NCBI GenBank assembly: GCA_049968235.1
Contig: JBMFRC010000007.1
Coordinates: 98,153-162,152, forward strand
Direction: 5' to 3'
Length of the DNA stretch: 64,000 nt
Source: Candidatus Hydrogenedens sp.
GTDB lineage: Bacteria > Hydrogenedentota > Hydrogenedentia > Hydrogenedentales > Hydrogenedentaceae
The notes beneath the pieces are model-generated. The model did not search any database. It had not been told where the DNA came from and saw nothing but the letters and a program-made list of their open reading frames with translations. Each line of letters starts with the position of its first letter. Positions within the stretch are counted from its first letter, which is position 1. The position numbers and the translations under genes are program-made. Shown here in pieces: positions 1 through 10,469 of this stretch.

Positions 1-59
1 GCCATAAATTTTTCTCCTACATTTAAGGTTAATATTTTGGAAAATATATATTATAGATA

Positions 60-90
60 TATTATATCTAATATATATATATATATGTCA
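60..90. repeat. (AT)n dinucleotide microsatellite in AT-rich intergenic DNA
   Basis: Run of atatatatatatatat read directly at about 70-88. No coding potential. Confidence 0.4.
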
Positions 91-685
91 AATCAAATAG
101 TTTGTCGATTGTGATTAGATACAAATGGTAGTAAACAAATATAAAGAGTAATGAAAGACCCTATCTGAAATTTTTCTTCCTGTAAGAATACATCTGCTAC
201 ATCTCAGACATATTGTTATTGGAGTAACTAATTTTCGCCCATTCATCATAGCAGTAGCGGACTTGTTTCCTTGTAGATATTTTTCAAACAAACACTACTT
301 TCTTGAATAATTGTTTTCCGGAAAATACAGAATTTCTCTTGCAAGGATATATAACATGCAGATTTGTTTGTGTCTAACTCAATAGATATTCTATGTGTTT
401 TATTCAAAATATCTTAATATACTGTCCTTTCATGTTTTTCCAAAAAATTCTTTAGAAATGAATTGCTTTCTCATTTGTATCGTCTTTTAAAGCAGTTAAT
501 ACAAATCACTCGAGAAAGGATACGACAATGAAAATGAAACACATGACAACAATCACTAAGGGACAAAATCATCCCAAAACGGCATCTTCCGCGGAAGCAC
601 TATTTTTCTATTTATATTTCACTGTAATTTCTGTTATGTTATCTGCTGCATTTGCCGAAAAAGGTAACTAATATCTATAACGGTT

Positions 686-1669
686 CTATTTACCTTTAAC
701 TGCCTCTATAACTGTATCCATTTGTTCCCCATGAATCTTAAAATGAACATTTTTGAACCCTGCCTGATTTAAATCCTCTTTAATCTCCTCAAAGGTATAT
801 GTGCCTCCTCCTTGCGTCCCTACTAACATATTAATTGCAAATAATGCCCCAGTCTTCGGATGTGTCCTATCTTCGGACATTACATAATCTCGTATCCACA
901 AAACACCTCCTGTTTCCAGAGCAGACATGCATTTCTTATATAGATTTACATTTTGTTTCCGGCTGTTCTGATGTATTATTGCCGATAACCACAAAAAATC
1001 ATATCCACACGGTAATTCATCCTTATAAAAATCTCCGGCATAAAAATCTATCCTGTCTTTATAGGGAGAATTTTTCAATCGTTCTCTGGCTATATCTATA
1101 ACTGGGGGTAAGTCAAATATTGTTGCCTGTAATTGAGGATTCATCTCGATAAAGGCTTCAGAATAAGTTCCTGACGCTCCTCCTACATCTAACATTTTTT
1201 TATAAGGGATAGTCCCTAATTTTTTTAACAACGGTCTGGATGCTCTCTGGGCAAGCACATGCATACCTAAAATAAACGCCTTCAACTGGTCTGAACTCAT
1301 CTGTTCAACAGGTTTTATTGTAATTGTTTTTCCTCTTACTATATCTGTAAGTTGAGACCAGCGATGCCATAAATTTGCATAATGTTCTAACATAGGCAAC
1401 ATACATTCGGGACCTTTTTTACTTAAAAAAGGAACTACTTCTATAGAAGTTTTATATTTTCCCTCTTTCTTTTCCAGCAATTTCATAGCAGACATCGCAT
1501 CCAGTAAATACTGTGTTGCCCTTTCTTCGGAATGTAATTCTTTACATATTTCCTGCAAATCCATCTCTTTCTCTGACAGCAATGTAAAAATATTCAGTTC
1601 AACACCTGTAAGTAAAACCCGTGCTTCACGAAACTTAATAGCAATTTCTACCAATTTAGGGAAGTCCAT
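686..1669 (-). CDS. Class I SAM-dependent O-methyltransferase (plant/bacterial OMT-like with N-terminal dimerisation/winged-helix domain)
   Basis: 327-aa ORF. Has the DVGGASG glycine-rich SAM-binding motif and a downstream acidic loop (DFYAGDFYKDELP), the architecture typical of hydroxyneurosporene/caffeate-type OMTs. Confidence 0.75.
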   Translation of the reverse strand: MDFPKLVEIAIKFREARVLLTGVELNIFTLLSEKEMDLQEICKELHSEERATQYLLDAMSAMKLLEKKEGKYKTSIEVVPFLSKKGPECMLPMLEHYANLWHRWSQLTDIVRGKTITIKPVEQMSSDQLKAFILGMHVLAQRASRPLLKKLGTIPYKKMLDVGGASGTYSEAFIEMNPQLQATIFDLPPVIDIARERLKNSPYKDRIDFYAGDFYKDELPCGYDFLWLSAIIHQNSRKQNVNLYKKCMSALETGGVLWIRDYVMSEDRTHPKTGALFAINMLVGTQGGGTYTFEEIKEDLNQAGFKNVHFKIHGEQMDTVIEAVKGK

Positions 1670-1686
1670 ATATTTACCTTTCTCAT

Positions 1687-2520
1687 TTATCTATTAAAAA
1701 AGGAACATAACAGAAAGTTTACCATATCTGCCTTCTGATAGTTTACTGCATGTGTCCCACCTTTTATGGCATGTAAAGTAAGCCATGGAATCCATTCTGT
1801 TATTTGCTTACTTAAATAAAACGGCACAACATTATCTTCCTCTCCCCATATCAGATACCCTTCTCGTTTCTGTCTTCCTAATTGAATATACACCTCTTCC
1901 ATATCGCATATAGGACCATACTTTAATGTTGACAATATGGCTTCTCTATATCCCGGGATTTTCATCTGTTCTTCATAAATCTTTTGCATATAAATTTTAT
2001 CTTCAATAGAGTCTCCAATCGTTTCCTGAACACCCTTAATTAAAGCCTTTTTACCAAAAACTTCATAAAGGATTTCTCCAATTCCAGATATACCCATTAA
2101 CTTCATTCCCCATGTGCGTTTTAATAAACCTGCAGGTGCAATTAATACAACTCTATCTACCATTTCAGGATAACGCACTGTGAAATAACTTACAATAGCA
2201 CCTCCCATACTTAACCCTACAAGGTTTACAGGTAAAGGAAGTGATAAACTATTTATTAGTTCATATAACTGAGTAATAAACAAATCTGAATCATAACGAA
2301 CCAGAGGACGAGCAGAATAACCTCTACCATAAAGGTCATATCGAATAACACAACAATAATTAGACAACTCATAGACATTTTTATCCCAGATACACATTGG
2401 TGAAGACAGACCATGTACAAATACTACAACAGTTCGTGAAACATCCCCCAACTTTTCAAAACACGTTTTCCCTTTGCTAAGTTCTATATATTGATATTCT
2501 TTATCCCTCATAAAATTCAT
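1687..2520 (-). CDS. Alpha/beta hydrolase fold protein
   Basis: 277 aa. HGLSS oxyanion-region motif and GLSMGG nucleophile elbow (GxSxG). An 18-nt gap to the upstream OMT suggests an operon. Confidence 0.7.
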   Translation of the reverse strand: MNFMRDKEYQYIELSKGKTCFEKLGDVSRTVVVFVHGLSSPMCIWDKNVYELSNYCCVIRYDLYGRGYSARPLVRYDSDLFITQLYELINSLSLPLPVNLVGLSMGGAIVSYFTVRYPEMVDRVVLIAPAGLLKRTWGMKLMGISGIGEILYEVFGKKALIKGVQETIGDSIEDKIYMQKIYEEQMKIPGYREAILSTLKYGPICDMEEVYIQLGRQKREGYLIWGEEDNVVPFYLSKQITEWIPWLTLHAIKGGTHAVNYQKADMVNFLLCSFFNR

Positions 2521-2530
2521 CTATCATATC

Positions 2531-3121
2531 CTATAAAAAAGACTTTAGTGGATGAAAAACATTATCTTCTGTAATAATCCAATCAACGGGAACATCCCAG
2601 TTCCTGCGAGGACATAACATTACTATCTGGAAACTATAACAAAAACCCACAGAAACGCATTGTCTATTATTACCTAAAAATCGGTCATAAAATCCTTTCC
2701 CATATCCAATCCGATAACCACGACGGTCAAAAACAATCCCCGGGACAATGCACACTGTATTCTCTTTTATATTATCCGTAGATGGTTCCCAATCATCCGG
2801 AGGTTCTAATATACCCCGAGAACTAATCTCTAATTTTTTTATTTTCTCTTCATTAATTAGATACCATGCCAGATTATGACCTTTTACACGGGGTATCCAC
2901 ACCTTTTTCCCTCTTTCAAGCAGTGAACAAATAACAGATTTTGTTTCCACTTCTCCCCGTTCATCAGACATATATACAAAAAAATTTTCTTTTGAATCCC
3001 ACCAATCTAATGAAAAAAACAACTTTTTTATTCTTTCACTTTTCTCTTTTACTTCGTCAGGTAAAAGTAACCTCCTACAAAATAATACCTTCTTCCGTAA
3101 CTCTTCTTTAGATATATTCAT
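2531..3121 (-). CDS. 5-formyltetrahydrofolate cyclo-ligase
   Basis: 196 aa. The VWIPRV and GYGKGFYDRFL motifs are characteristic of the 5-FTHF cyclo-ligase (MTHFS/YgfA) family. Confidence 0.7.
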   Translation of the reverse strand: MNISKEELRKKVLFCRRLLLPDEVKEKSERIKKLFFSLDWWDSKENFFVYMSDERGEVETKSVICSLLERGKKVWIPRVKGHNLAWYLINEEKIKKLEISSRGILEPPDDWEPSTDNIKENTVCIVPGIVFDRRGYRIGYGKGFYDRFLGNNRQCVSVGFCYSFQIVMLCPRRNWDVPVDWIITEDNVFHPLKSFL

Positions 3122-3149
3122 TTCTTTCTATCTAATACTTGCTGATAAA

Positions 3150-3560
3150 TTAATAAAAAACCACATGGAAGAGAGCATCATTCGATGCTTTTATCTTGAA
3201 CTGAACAGGAACTTCTTTATCTTGCGGTGCCAAAATTTGACCGATTAAAGAAGAAATCACATAAAACCGTATTTCTATTTGTTCTGGATAACTTTCTGCT
3301 ATCGATACGGTTTTTCCGAGATAAAAACATAACTGATTTGGAAATACAAATTTCCCTGAAAAGTTCCATTCTTCCATATCAACACTCTCTTTTGTAATTG
3401 TCCCTGTAAAGCCCAGAGGACCCTCAACTCTATAACCAAATTCTGTGGACAATAATGTCAATTCTCCTTCTCCAAAAGGCTTACAGATACATCCCGAAAA
3501 TCCAATAATTAAAAATAAAGCAATAATAATCGGCATTGTTTTTTTCATCAGATTCTTCAT
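3150..3560 (-). CDS. Small hypothetical lipoprotein
   Basis: 136 aa. N-terminal signal peptide with a lipobox-like GFSGC. No recognisable domain. Confidence 0.5.
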   Translation of the reverse strand: MKNLMKKTMPIIIALFLIIGFSGCICKPFGEGELTLLSTEFGYRVEGPLGFTGTITKESVDMEEWNFSGKFVFPNQLCFYLGKTVSIAESYPEQIEIRFYVISSLIGQILAPQDKEVPVQFKIKASNDALFHVVFY

Positions 3561-3673
3561 TATCTTTTTCTCCTCAAATAAAATTATAAATTACTTTTGA
3601 ATATTACAAATTCTAATGAAACCCAGATGTCTTTCAATCTGTCTCTATATATGGTAATAAACATACTACGCGC

Positions 3674-4690
3674 GTGGCAAAAAACAAAACCAGAAAGGAT
3701 ATGCGTATGTTAAAAAAGAAAGGATTTACTTTAATTGAGTTGTTGGTTGTAATTGCTATTATTGGTATACTTGCAGCCATCTTGCTACCTGCCCTTGCCC
3801 GTGCACGCGAAGCGGCTCGCCGTTCCAGTTGTCAAAACAATCTGAAACAATGGGGACTTGTCCTTAAAATGTATTCCAACGAAGCAAGAGGAGAACGATT
3901 TCCTCCTGTTCAATTTGGTGCCTATCCACAAATTAACGGAAATATCGAAGTTCGTGCCGACCTTTGTCCCAGTACCTTCTTAATCTATCCTGAATATCTC
4001 AACGACCCTATGATAGCCTTTTGTCCATCGGACTCCGACTATCGTCAAACAATTACTCGTGCCAAATATCCTGACCGTGATGATTGGTGTATAAATGTAT
4101 ATGCCAGTGATACAGTATCCTGTGCCTCTGCTATGGATTCAAGTTATATTTACTTAGGATTGGTCATGGACCGTATAGGCGATGAATGGCCTATGGTAGA
4201 TATTACCCCTATGGTAAATGTTTTGAATTCACTTGGAGCAGGTCCTGTATCCGGTTCAGGGAATGCCCCCGCACAGTTAGTTTACGGATTAATGGCATTG
4301 GCAAAACCGGAACTCATTACTGCTGTTAATACAAAAGATAATGCAGGTATTATGCGCGTCGTTGATGCAGACATAACAAGTTCTATACTTGATGGCTATG
4401 GTAATGGAGGAACCAATACCGTTTACCGGTTGCGTGAAGGGATTGAAAGATTTCTCATCACAGATATTAATAATCCCGCATCCAGTTCAAAAGCACAGAG
4501 TAGTCTACCTATCATGTTCGATAAAGTATCAACTGATGCTTCAAACTTTAACCATATTCCAGGAGGGTCGAATGTCCTTTATCTTGATGGACATGTCGAA
4601 TTTCTCCGTTACCAACCGACGGGCGGAACTGCTCCTGTAACACAAGCAGTAGCAGTTGTCATCGGAGTTCTTGTTTCCGCATTGACATAA
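3674..4690 (+). CDS. DUF1559 family protein with prepilin-type N-terminal cleavage/methylation domain (type II secretion pseudopilin-like)
   Basis: N-terminal [26 protein letters not shown] followed by the [17 protein letters not shown] motif. C-terminal H-X(9-10)-DG motif ([14 protein letters not shown]). This family is hugely expanded in Planctomycetes. Confidence 0.8.
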   Translation: MAKNKTRKDMRMLKKKGFTLIELLVVIAIIGILAAILLPALARAREAARRSSCQNNLKQWGLVLKMYSNEARGERFPPVQFGAYPQINGNIEVRADLCPSTFLIYPEYLNDPMIAFCPSDSDYRQTITRAKYPDRDDWCINVYASDTVSCASAMDSSYIYLGLVMDRIGDEWPMVDITPMVNVLNSLGAGPVSGSGNAPAQLVYGLMALAKPELITAVNTKDNAGIMRVVDADITSSILDGYGNGGTNTVYRLREGIERFLITDINNPASSSKAQSSLPIMFDKVSTDASNFNHIPGGSNVLYLDGHVEFLRYQPTGGTAPVTQAVAVVIGVLVSALT

Positions 4691-4855
4691 AATACTACAT
4701 CTCTCAATTGATGTATTTTGCATAAATAGGCAGAAAACTTAATATAGTGTTTCTGCCTATTTTTATTTATGTAAAAGAAACCTTTTTCTCTTTTTTAAGT
4801 ATAATAAAAGAAAAAATTTTTTAAATAATTTTCACTAACAATTCAGGATTTTACT

Positions 4856-5851
4856 ATGAACCCAAAACCGATTATTGCTATAACAATGGGAGATATTAAT
4901 GGTATTGGTCCCGAAATAATTGGCAAAGTTTTAATAAATAAAGAAATCTTAAAAATCTGTACCCCCATAATACTCGGAAACATACAGGCATATCAGTACT
5001 ATTGCAGTAAATTAAAAAACTATTTGGAACCCATCAAAATTGATACCCCCGAAGAAGCCCTGCATCTGAAAAACAAAGTCGGCATCATTGAACTGGAATA
5101 TCAAAATTTAAAAATAAGACCAGGAATCATTGACCCAAAAAATAGCATCTCTGCAACCGCATGGATTCACCAGGCAGTTAAATGGTGTATTGAAAAAAGA
5201 TGTGATGCCATTGTAACCTGTCCCATAACGAAAGAAGGGTTAGCCCGAGCAAAAATCCCCTATGATGGACATACTACTATGTTAGCAGACTGGACAAAAA
5301 CAAAAAATTATCGGATGTCTCTATTCGCAGGAAATATGCGAGTTGTTCATCATACCGCTCACAAATCACTACTAAATGCTATTCAGAGTCTTAACAAAAA
5401 AGACTTGATAAAAACTATTGAAATTGGATACAACGCATTAAAAACAATTTGCACGCACACATTTCATATAGGTGTTGCGGGACTGAACCCCCATGCAGGG
5501 GAACAGGGACTTTTCGGAAATGAAGAATTAGATATTATTTCACCAGCCATCAATACATGCAAGAAGAAAGGAATTCCCTGTTCAGGACCTTATCCCCCGG
5601 ATACCATTTTCCGAAGAATGTTCCGGGGGGAATTTGATATGATTATTGCTATGTATCACGACCAGGGACACATCCCTATGAAACTCATAGCCATGGACAA
5701 AGGCGTCAATGTTACATTAGGATTACCCATCATAAGAACATCCGTTGACCATGGGACTGCATTTGATATTGCAGGTAAAGGGATTGCTTGCGAACAAAGT
5801 CTATATCACGCCATAAAACTCGCTATCCAATTCACAAAAAAGAAAGATTGA
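4856..5851 (+). CDS. pdxA: 4-hydroxythreonine-4-phosphate dehydrogenase PdxA
   Basis: 331 aa. IAITMGDINGIGPEII N-terminus and HGTAFDIAGKG C-terminal motif are diagnostic of the PdxA family. Confidence 0.85.
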   Translation: MNPKPIIAITMGDINGIGPEIIGKVLINKEILKICTPIILGNIQAYQYYCSKLKNYLEPIKIDTPEEALHLKNKVGIIELEYQNLKIRPGIIDPKNSISATAWIHQAVKWCIEKRCDAIVTCPITKEGLARAKIPYDGHTTMLADWTKTKNYRMSLFAGNMRVVHHTAHKSLLNAIQSLNKKDLIKTIEIGYNALKTICTHTFHIGVAGLNPHAGEQGLFGNEELDIISPAINTCKKKGIPCSGPYPPDTIFRRMFRGEFDMIIAMYHDQGHIPMKLIAMDKGVNVTLGLPIIRTSVDHGTAFDIAGKGIACEQSLYHAIKLAIQFTKKKD

Positions 5852-5856
5852 TTTAC

Positions 5857-7131
5857 ATGATACCTTACTTCAACAAATCATTATACATGCTCTTTCCTCT
5901 ATTGTTTTTATTAACTACTTTTGCATATTCCCAGACCTTTTCTCTTTATCCTCAATTCTTACAAGTAGGTCCTAATCCTTATTCAATTGCTATTGCCGAC
6001 ATTAATGGAGACGAAATAGTGGACATTGTTACTGCAGACCGTGGTGAAATGCGAAATCCTCGTGAAGAAAAACCTGCAAACGATGAATTATCTATCCTGC
6101 TATCTCAAGGAATTTTAAATTACATAAAATTACATCCTTCTTTAAAAACCGATTTTGCTCCCTACGCCATCGCTATCGCCAATATGGACTCTCTCAAATG
6201 GCCGGATATTGTTGTTGCAAATTTCCTCGCTAAAAAAAATCAAGATATCCAGATATTCCATAACTTAAAGGAAGAAAACATTTTTACGGTTACCTCTATA
6301 AAAATCCCGGACGATAGTTTAAAATATGCACGATTTCTTGATGGAGACGAGCAACCTCTTTTTACAACTCCAGGTTTAACATCTCTGGTAATTACCGATA
6401 TAAATAAGGACGGATTAAATGATGTAATCACAACAGGTTGGAGTAGCGATATCGTAGCAGTCTTGCTCGGAGATTCAAAAGAATCCTTAATCCTGCATCA
6501 AATTCTCCCTACTCCGGGAGGACCTCGGTCAATTGCAACAAATGACTTTGATAATGACAAATTAACCGATATTGTTGTAACAATGTATAATTCTGGCGAA
6601 CTTTTATTCTTGAAAGGGAATGAAGAATACAATTTTTATGAACACTCACGAATCCTCACACGAGGTGCTCAACCCAATCGTATATTCCTTGCTGATTTCA
6701 ATGCTGATGGGAAAACAGACATTGTAATTACTCACAGAAAAGTTAACCAACCCCTCGAAATCTTATACGGTGACACCGTTCCTTTCTCTTTCCGTTTATC
6801 GGATACTTTCTATTTTAATACTTCAGACCCTGAGGTAAACACGGAAATGATGGACATTACTGTATCTGACTTCAACAATGACCGACTTCCTGATATTGCA
6901 ATTGCTGACAGAAAAGGACAACAACTTATTGTTATGATAAACAAAGGTGCAAACCCCAAAAAAGACACCACCCAACCTACCTCATTTACACCAGAAAAAT
7001 ATCCAATAAAATCAGGAAAACCAGTAGCCATTAACTCTGCGGACCTAAATCAAGATGGTTTTGTAGATATAATTATCAGCACACAGGATACCAATGAAGT
7101 CTTATTTTTCTTGAACAATAAGAAAAAATAA
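5857..7131 (+). CDS. Secreted FG-GAP/VCBS repeat (integrin-alpha-like beta-propeller) protein
   Basis: Start moved from 5788 (which overlaps pdxA) to the ATG at 5857, giving a signal peptide MIPYFNKSLYMLFPLLFLLTTFAYSQ. At least six DxNxDGxxDI repeats (ADINGDEIVDIV, TDINKDGLNDVI, NDFDNDKLTDIVV, ADFNADGKTDIVI, SDFNNDRLPDIAI, ADLNQDGFVDIII). Confidence 0.75.
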   Translation: MIPYFNKSLYMLFPLLFLLTTFAYSQTFSLYPQFLQVGPNPYSIAIADINGDEIVDIVTADRGEMRNPREEKPANDELSILLSQGILNYIKLHPSLKTDFAPYAIAIANMDSLKWPDIVVANFLAKKNQDIQIFHNLKEENIFTVTSIKIPDDSLKYARFLDGDEQPLFTTPGLTSLVITDINKDGLNDVITTGWSSDIVAVLLGDSKESLILHQILPTPGGPRSIATNDFDNDKLTDIVVTMYNSGELLFLKGNEEYNFYEHSRILTRGAQPNRIFLADFNADGKTDIVITHRKVNQPLEILYGDTVPFSFRLSDTFYFNTSDPEVNTEMMDITVSDFNNDRLPDIAIADRKGQQLIVMINKGANPKKDTTQPTSFTPEKYPIKSGKPVAINSADLNQDGFVDIIISTQDTNEVLFFLNNKKK

Positions 7132-7154
7132 TTTTTGCTTTAATGCATTAAATT

Positions 7155-9392
7155 TTACTGGCTAATATTCTCTTTCCAGTATTTCTTATTACGCCATTCC
7201 CTTATCCTTCCCCACCAATACATTTTTTTCTTTTCATCCCATGGCTTATTTCCAAACCGTATTAAATTATACTCCTCTAAAAAAGTCTGAATTTCATTAT
7301 ACAATAAAGGAATTCTGCCCGGTAGTTCTCGCTCTATCTCCTCAACAGTTAAATTCTGAATCTTCCAGTTATTTCTCGCAAACAAAATTTCCAGTTTTTT
7401 AAATAATTGTTTTGCTTCATACTGGTCCTTAGTTAGAGAAATTTTTCTTGTTTTAACTTGATAAATACGAAATACCCTCCACAATATCTGCCATATCAAT
7501 CCTAAAAGATAAAGAATACTAAGAAATATTAAAAGGATTACTATAGTCCCCACCGAAGGAACCGTTATCTTTCCACCCGGATTAATGTAATCATCCAGAC
7601 TTTTTATAAAACCAAACTTTTCAAGTCCAAAACTAGGCAATTGAAATCCACGGTCAAATCCTACAACCTGTTGATACCAGAACATTCGTGTACGTAACAT
7701 CCAACGCGTTAATTGCATTATAATCTGGTTCCTCATAAAATAATTAGAATCAGGTAATGGGGATGGGTCAAAAGGGACCCAGCCATAGTTAAGAAATAAG
7801 ACCTCCACCCATAGATGAGCCATCCCCTCTCGTACAAGATAAGAACGGCTTTGTGTGTCCCATTCTCCTCCTACATATCCTGAAACTACACGAGCAGGTA
7901 TCCCCAAACTTCGTACAGCAAGAGCCATTGCACTGGCAAACAGTTCACAATGTCCACGACGAATCTGCAAAAAAAAGGCATTCATCGGATGGTCTCCTGG
8001 CAATGGAGGTATATCCAACGTATATTGAAATTCCGGACCTGATAGCCAATCTTCTATCGCAAGAACTTTATCATACACAGTTGCTTTCCCTTCCACAACC
8101 CTCTGGATTCGTGCTTGCACCTCCGGTGATAAATCATGTTGCGTTAATAAATCATAATCCCGCTGAGACATAATTTCTTTATAATTATCCGGAGCCGTCC
8201 TCAATTTTGTTCCATCCCACTGAATAAGATCTGAAACCACACGATAAACCAATCTCCGTGCATTATTAGAAGAAAACGATACTGTATAATCCTTTGTAGA
8301 ATCCCAATTTAATGAAACCTGACTTCCTGATTCCCTCACACGAAATTCCCTCACACGGTCTAACACAGGAATACCATCTTCTGGAATATTGTCAAGATAT
8401 ATCTCCTGCACAACCTGAGTAGAAGGCATCTCCCTTTCTCTATCTAAGATAACCGTATTTCTTCCTCCATTTTTTTGCACTTGAATGGCTCGTAATAATC
8501 CCATAAAAGAAATAGAACCACTTGTAGGTTCATACGAATCCTCCAGAGGCCATCTACGCCATTGTATTCCAAGATAAGTAGGTAAACTTGTAATGCGCCA
8601 ATATAATTGATTCTGTGGTATCGGTGGATTTATACCTGCTGAAGGAATGAAAACACTCATTACTGGTATATAAGAGATAGCAATAGTCTGCCCTCCCCTC
8701 AATGAGACACTGGTTGCAATCCCTGTTCTCGAAATGGCTCCTAAATCACGACCAAAAATCCCTGCTTCCATACGAGGCATAAATAAAAATCCGGAAATGA
8801 TAAAAGCCCAACCTATAACAATATTCAATAAAACAAAAACGACCAGATAAAACCGATACGCAGGAAATATCCGCTTCAAATGAACCCATGGAACAGAAAT
8901 ACTCCTTCCCTGTTTATCTTTTCCATAAACCACTGTAACAACTGGCAATAAAATAAAAACACAACATACAAACAAAATAAACGAAATACCTACAATAAAT
9001 TCAGGAGCCTGAACCCCTGCTCCCAATAGTAGGAAAAAACTCATCAAAATAATATACAGATACTCTTTCATTCCCTTAGGTCGCACTACCAATGTTAACT
9101 GTATCATGCCCGTCAGTAAAAGCACCGTATCCAATATCCCCAATACCATTATTAACACCGGTAAAGCAATGCTCACTACCCACAATGGAATTTGAACCCA
9201 AAACGGATATCCGGGATACTTCTCTACAATTTTTTCAACAAAAAAACTTAATATCAACGGCACTATCGGAATAAATAGCACTACCATCCCATAGGACCGA
9301 ACTGCTGTTAACGCCAGGTATGCAGACATTACTGCAATCAATACTGATAGTTTTAATATCAAATTATGTCTATCTTCCTGCAGAAATAACAT
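7155..9392 (-). CDS. Transglutaminase-like protein with N-terminal polytopic membrane domain (TgpA/DUF3488-like)
   Basis: 745 aa. Multiple TM helices in the N-terminal 220 aa. The transglutaminase core RRGHCELFASAMALAVRSLGIPARVVSGY carries the Cys nucleophile. A final TM helix sits near the C-terminus. Confidence 0.8.
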   Translation of the reverse strand: MLFLQEDRHNLILKLSVLIAVMSAYLALTAVRSYGMVVLFIPIVPLILSFFVEKIVEKYPGYPFWVQIPLWVVSIALPVLIMVLGILDTVLLLTGMIQLTLVVRPKGMKEYLYIILMSFFLLLGAGVQAPEFIVGISFILFVCCVFILLPVVTVVYGKDKQGRSISVPWVHLKRIFPAYRFYLVVFVLLNIVIGWAFIISGFLFMPRMEAGIFGRDLGAISRTGIATSVSLRGGQTIAISYIPVMSVFIPSAGINPPIPQNQLYWRITSLPTYLGIQWRRWPLEDSYEPTSGSISFMGLLRAIQVQKNGGRNTVILDREREMPSTQVVQEIYLDNIPEDGIPVLDRVREFRVRESGSQVSLNWDSTKDYTVSFSSNNARRLVYRVVSDLIQWDGTKLRTAPDNYKEIMSQRDYDLLTQHDLSPEVQARIQRVVEGKATVYDKVLAIEDWLSGPEFQYTLDIPPLPGDHPMNAFFLQIRRGHCELFASAMALAVRSLGIPARVVSGYVGGEWDTQSRSYLVREGMAHLWVEVLFLNYGWVPFDPSPLPDSNYFMRNQIIMQLTRWMLRTRMFWYQQVVGFDRGFQLPSFGLEKFGFIKSLDDYINPGGKITVPSVGTIVILLIFLSILYLLGLIWQILWRVFRIYQVKTRKISLTKDQYEAKQLFKKLEILFARNNWKIQNLTVEEIERELPGRIPLLYNEIQTFLEEYNLIRFGNKPWDEKKKMYWWGRIREWRNKKYWKENISQ

Positions 9393-10467
9393 CAGGATTT
9401 ACCACCCTCATACCAGTTGATAGTATTTGTCCCCATAATTCGGGATTAATAGACAAAAGTAACAATCTTGAACTCCTACCTTCCTGGACAAAACGATTCC
9501 ATAGTTTCTCATTTATTTCTTCATTGTCAACAGGTTGCAGTAAGGCAAGTCTCTTCAGTATCAAATTTAATTGTCCTACCCCATGTCCGGGAGGTATCTT
9601 ATCCTCATCTGTCCATATACCCACTCGAAATTGTTTCATAAGAAGAGAGAACGCCAGAGAAGCGACAAAATCCATCATTTCTTCAAAAATCTCCTCATTA
9701 TTTTCTCCATTAGGTCTTCTTAAATCCAGGTAAATCAAATATTGATTGGGTAAACTCAATGCCCATTCTCGAACTAACCACACACCCAAACGAGCACTTA
9801 TTTTCCATGCGATATATCGTAAATCATCCCCCGGTTGGTATTCTCGAATAGAGTAATAATCCCCCGATTCGGAAATAAGTGTCCGTGTCGGGACGCGACT
9901 CCCTCCAGCAAAATTCCCCAATGATTGCACCTTAAGAAATTGTGTTTTAGGCACTACCAACACATCCGCCTCTACTTGATACCATGCCTCTCTTTCTATA
10001 ATTCCCAATGGAAATTCTGACCGTATCACTACCTCTCTTACTCGAACACGACCCCGCTTCGGAAATTTCTGTTCTAATGAAAACTCAATATATTGATTTA
10101 CAGGTAAAACAGGTATCTTTTTCCAGAATATTCTCGTCCTTATCCCATGTGTATCCTCAATTACACCTTCTACAGAAACACCGAACAAAGGTGTACACTT
10201 TTTCTTATTCTCTAAGCGTATCCATATATTAGCCTCACTCCCTCTTGTAACCTGTTCCGGCACTAATATTTCAAGATGAGGTGGTTTAAAATTCCATTTC
10301 GAAAATACTTCCGCACATACCGCAACAGAGAAACAGATAGAGAAAGCCAGATATAAAATATTATTACCACTATTCCATGCAGAAAGTAATAAAAGAATGG
10401 TAAAAAATACTTCCCCCCACCAATAAGTTCGTATCGTCTTCGTTCGTGTAGGTAATCCTGAAATCAT
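9370..10467 (-). CDS. DUF58 domain protein (vWA-like, MoxR partner)
   Basis: 365 aa. REYQPGDDLRYIAWKISARLG matches the DUF58 signature. Overlaps the downstream transglutaminase gene by 23 nt and is 2 nt from the upstream MoxR gene. Confidence 0.8.
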   Translation of the reverse strand: MISGLPTRTKTIRTYWWGEVFFTILLLLSAWNSGNNILYLAFSICFSVAVCAEVFSKWNFKPPHLEILVPEQVTRGSEANIWIRLENKKKCTPLFGVSVEGVIEDTHGIRTRIFWKKIPVLPVNQYIEFSLEQKFPKRGRVRVREVVIRSEFPLGIIEREAWYQVEADVLVVPKTQFLKVQSLGNFAGGSRVPTRTLISESGDYYSIREYQPGDDLRYIAWKISARLGVWLVREWALSLPNQYLIYLDLRRPNGENNEEIFEEMMDFVASLAFSLLMKQFRVGIWTDEDKIPPGHGVGQLNLILKRLALLQPVDNEEINEKLWNRFVQEGRSSRLLLLSINPELWGQILSTGMRVVNPDVISAGR

Positions 10468-10469
10468 AA

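Noticed and set aside
835-1101. Numerous 60-140-aa antisense or embedded ORFs from the six-frame track (for example 835..1101, 4389..4640, 7853..8173, 22730..23108, 32299..32668, 55787..55975)
   Set aside because: They lie entirely inside longer, well-supported genes on the opposite strand or in another frame. They have no RBS and low-complexity composition.
5788-5856. Upstream extension of the FG-GAP protein ORF
   Set aside because: It overlaps the pdxA 3' end. The ATG at 5857 gives a proper signal peptide immediately after the pdxA stop.
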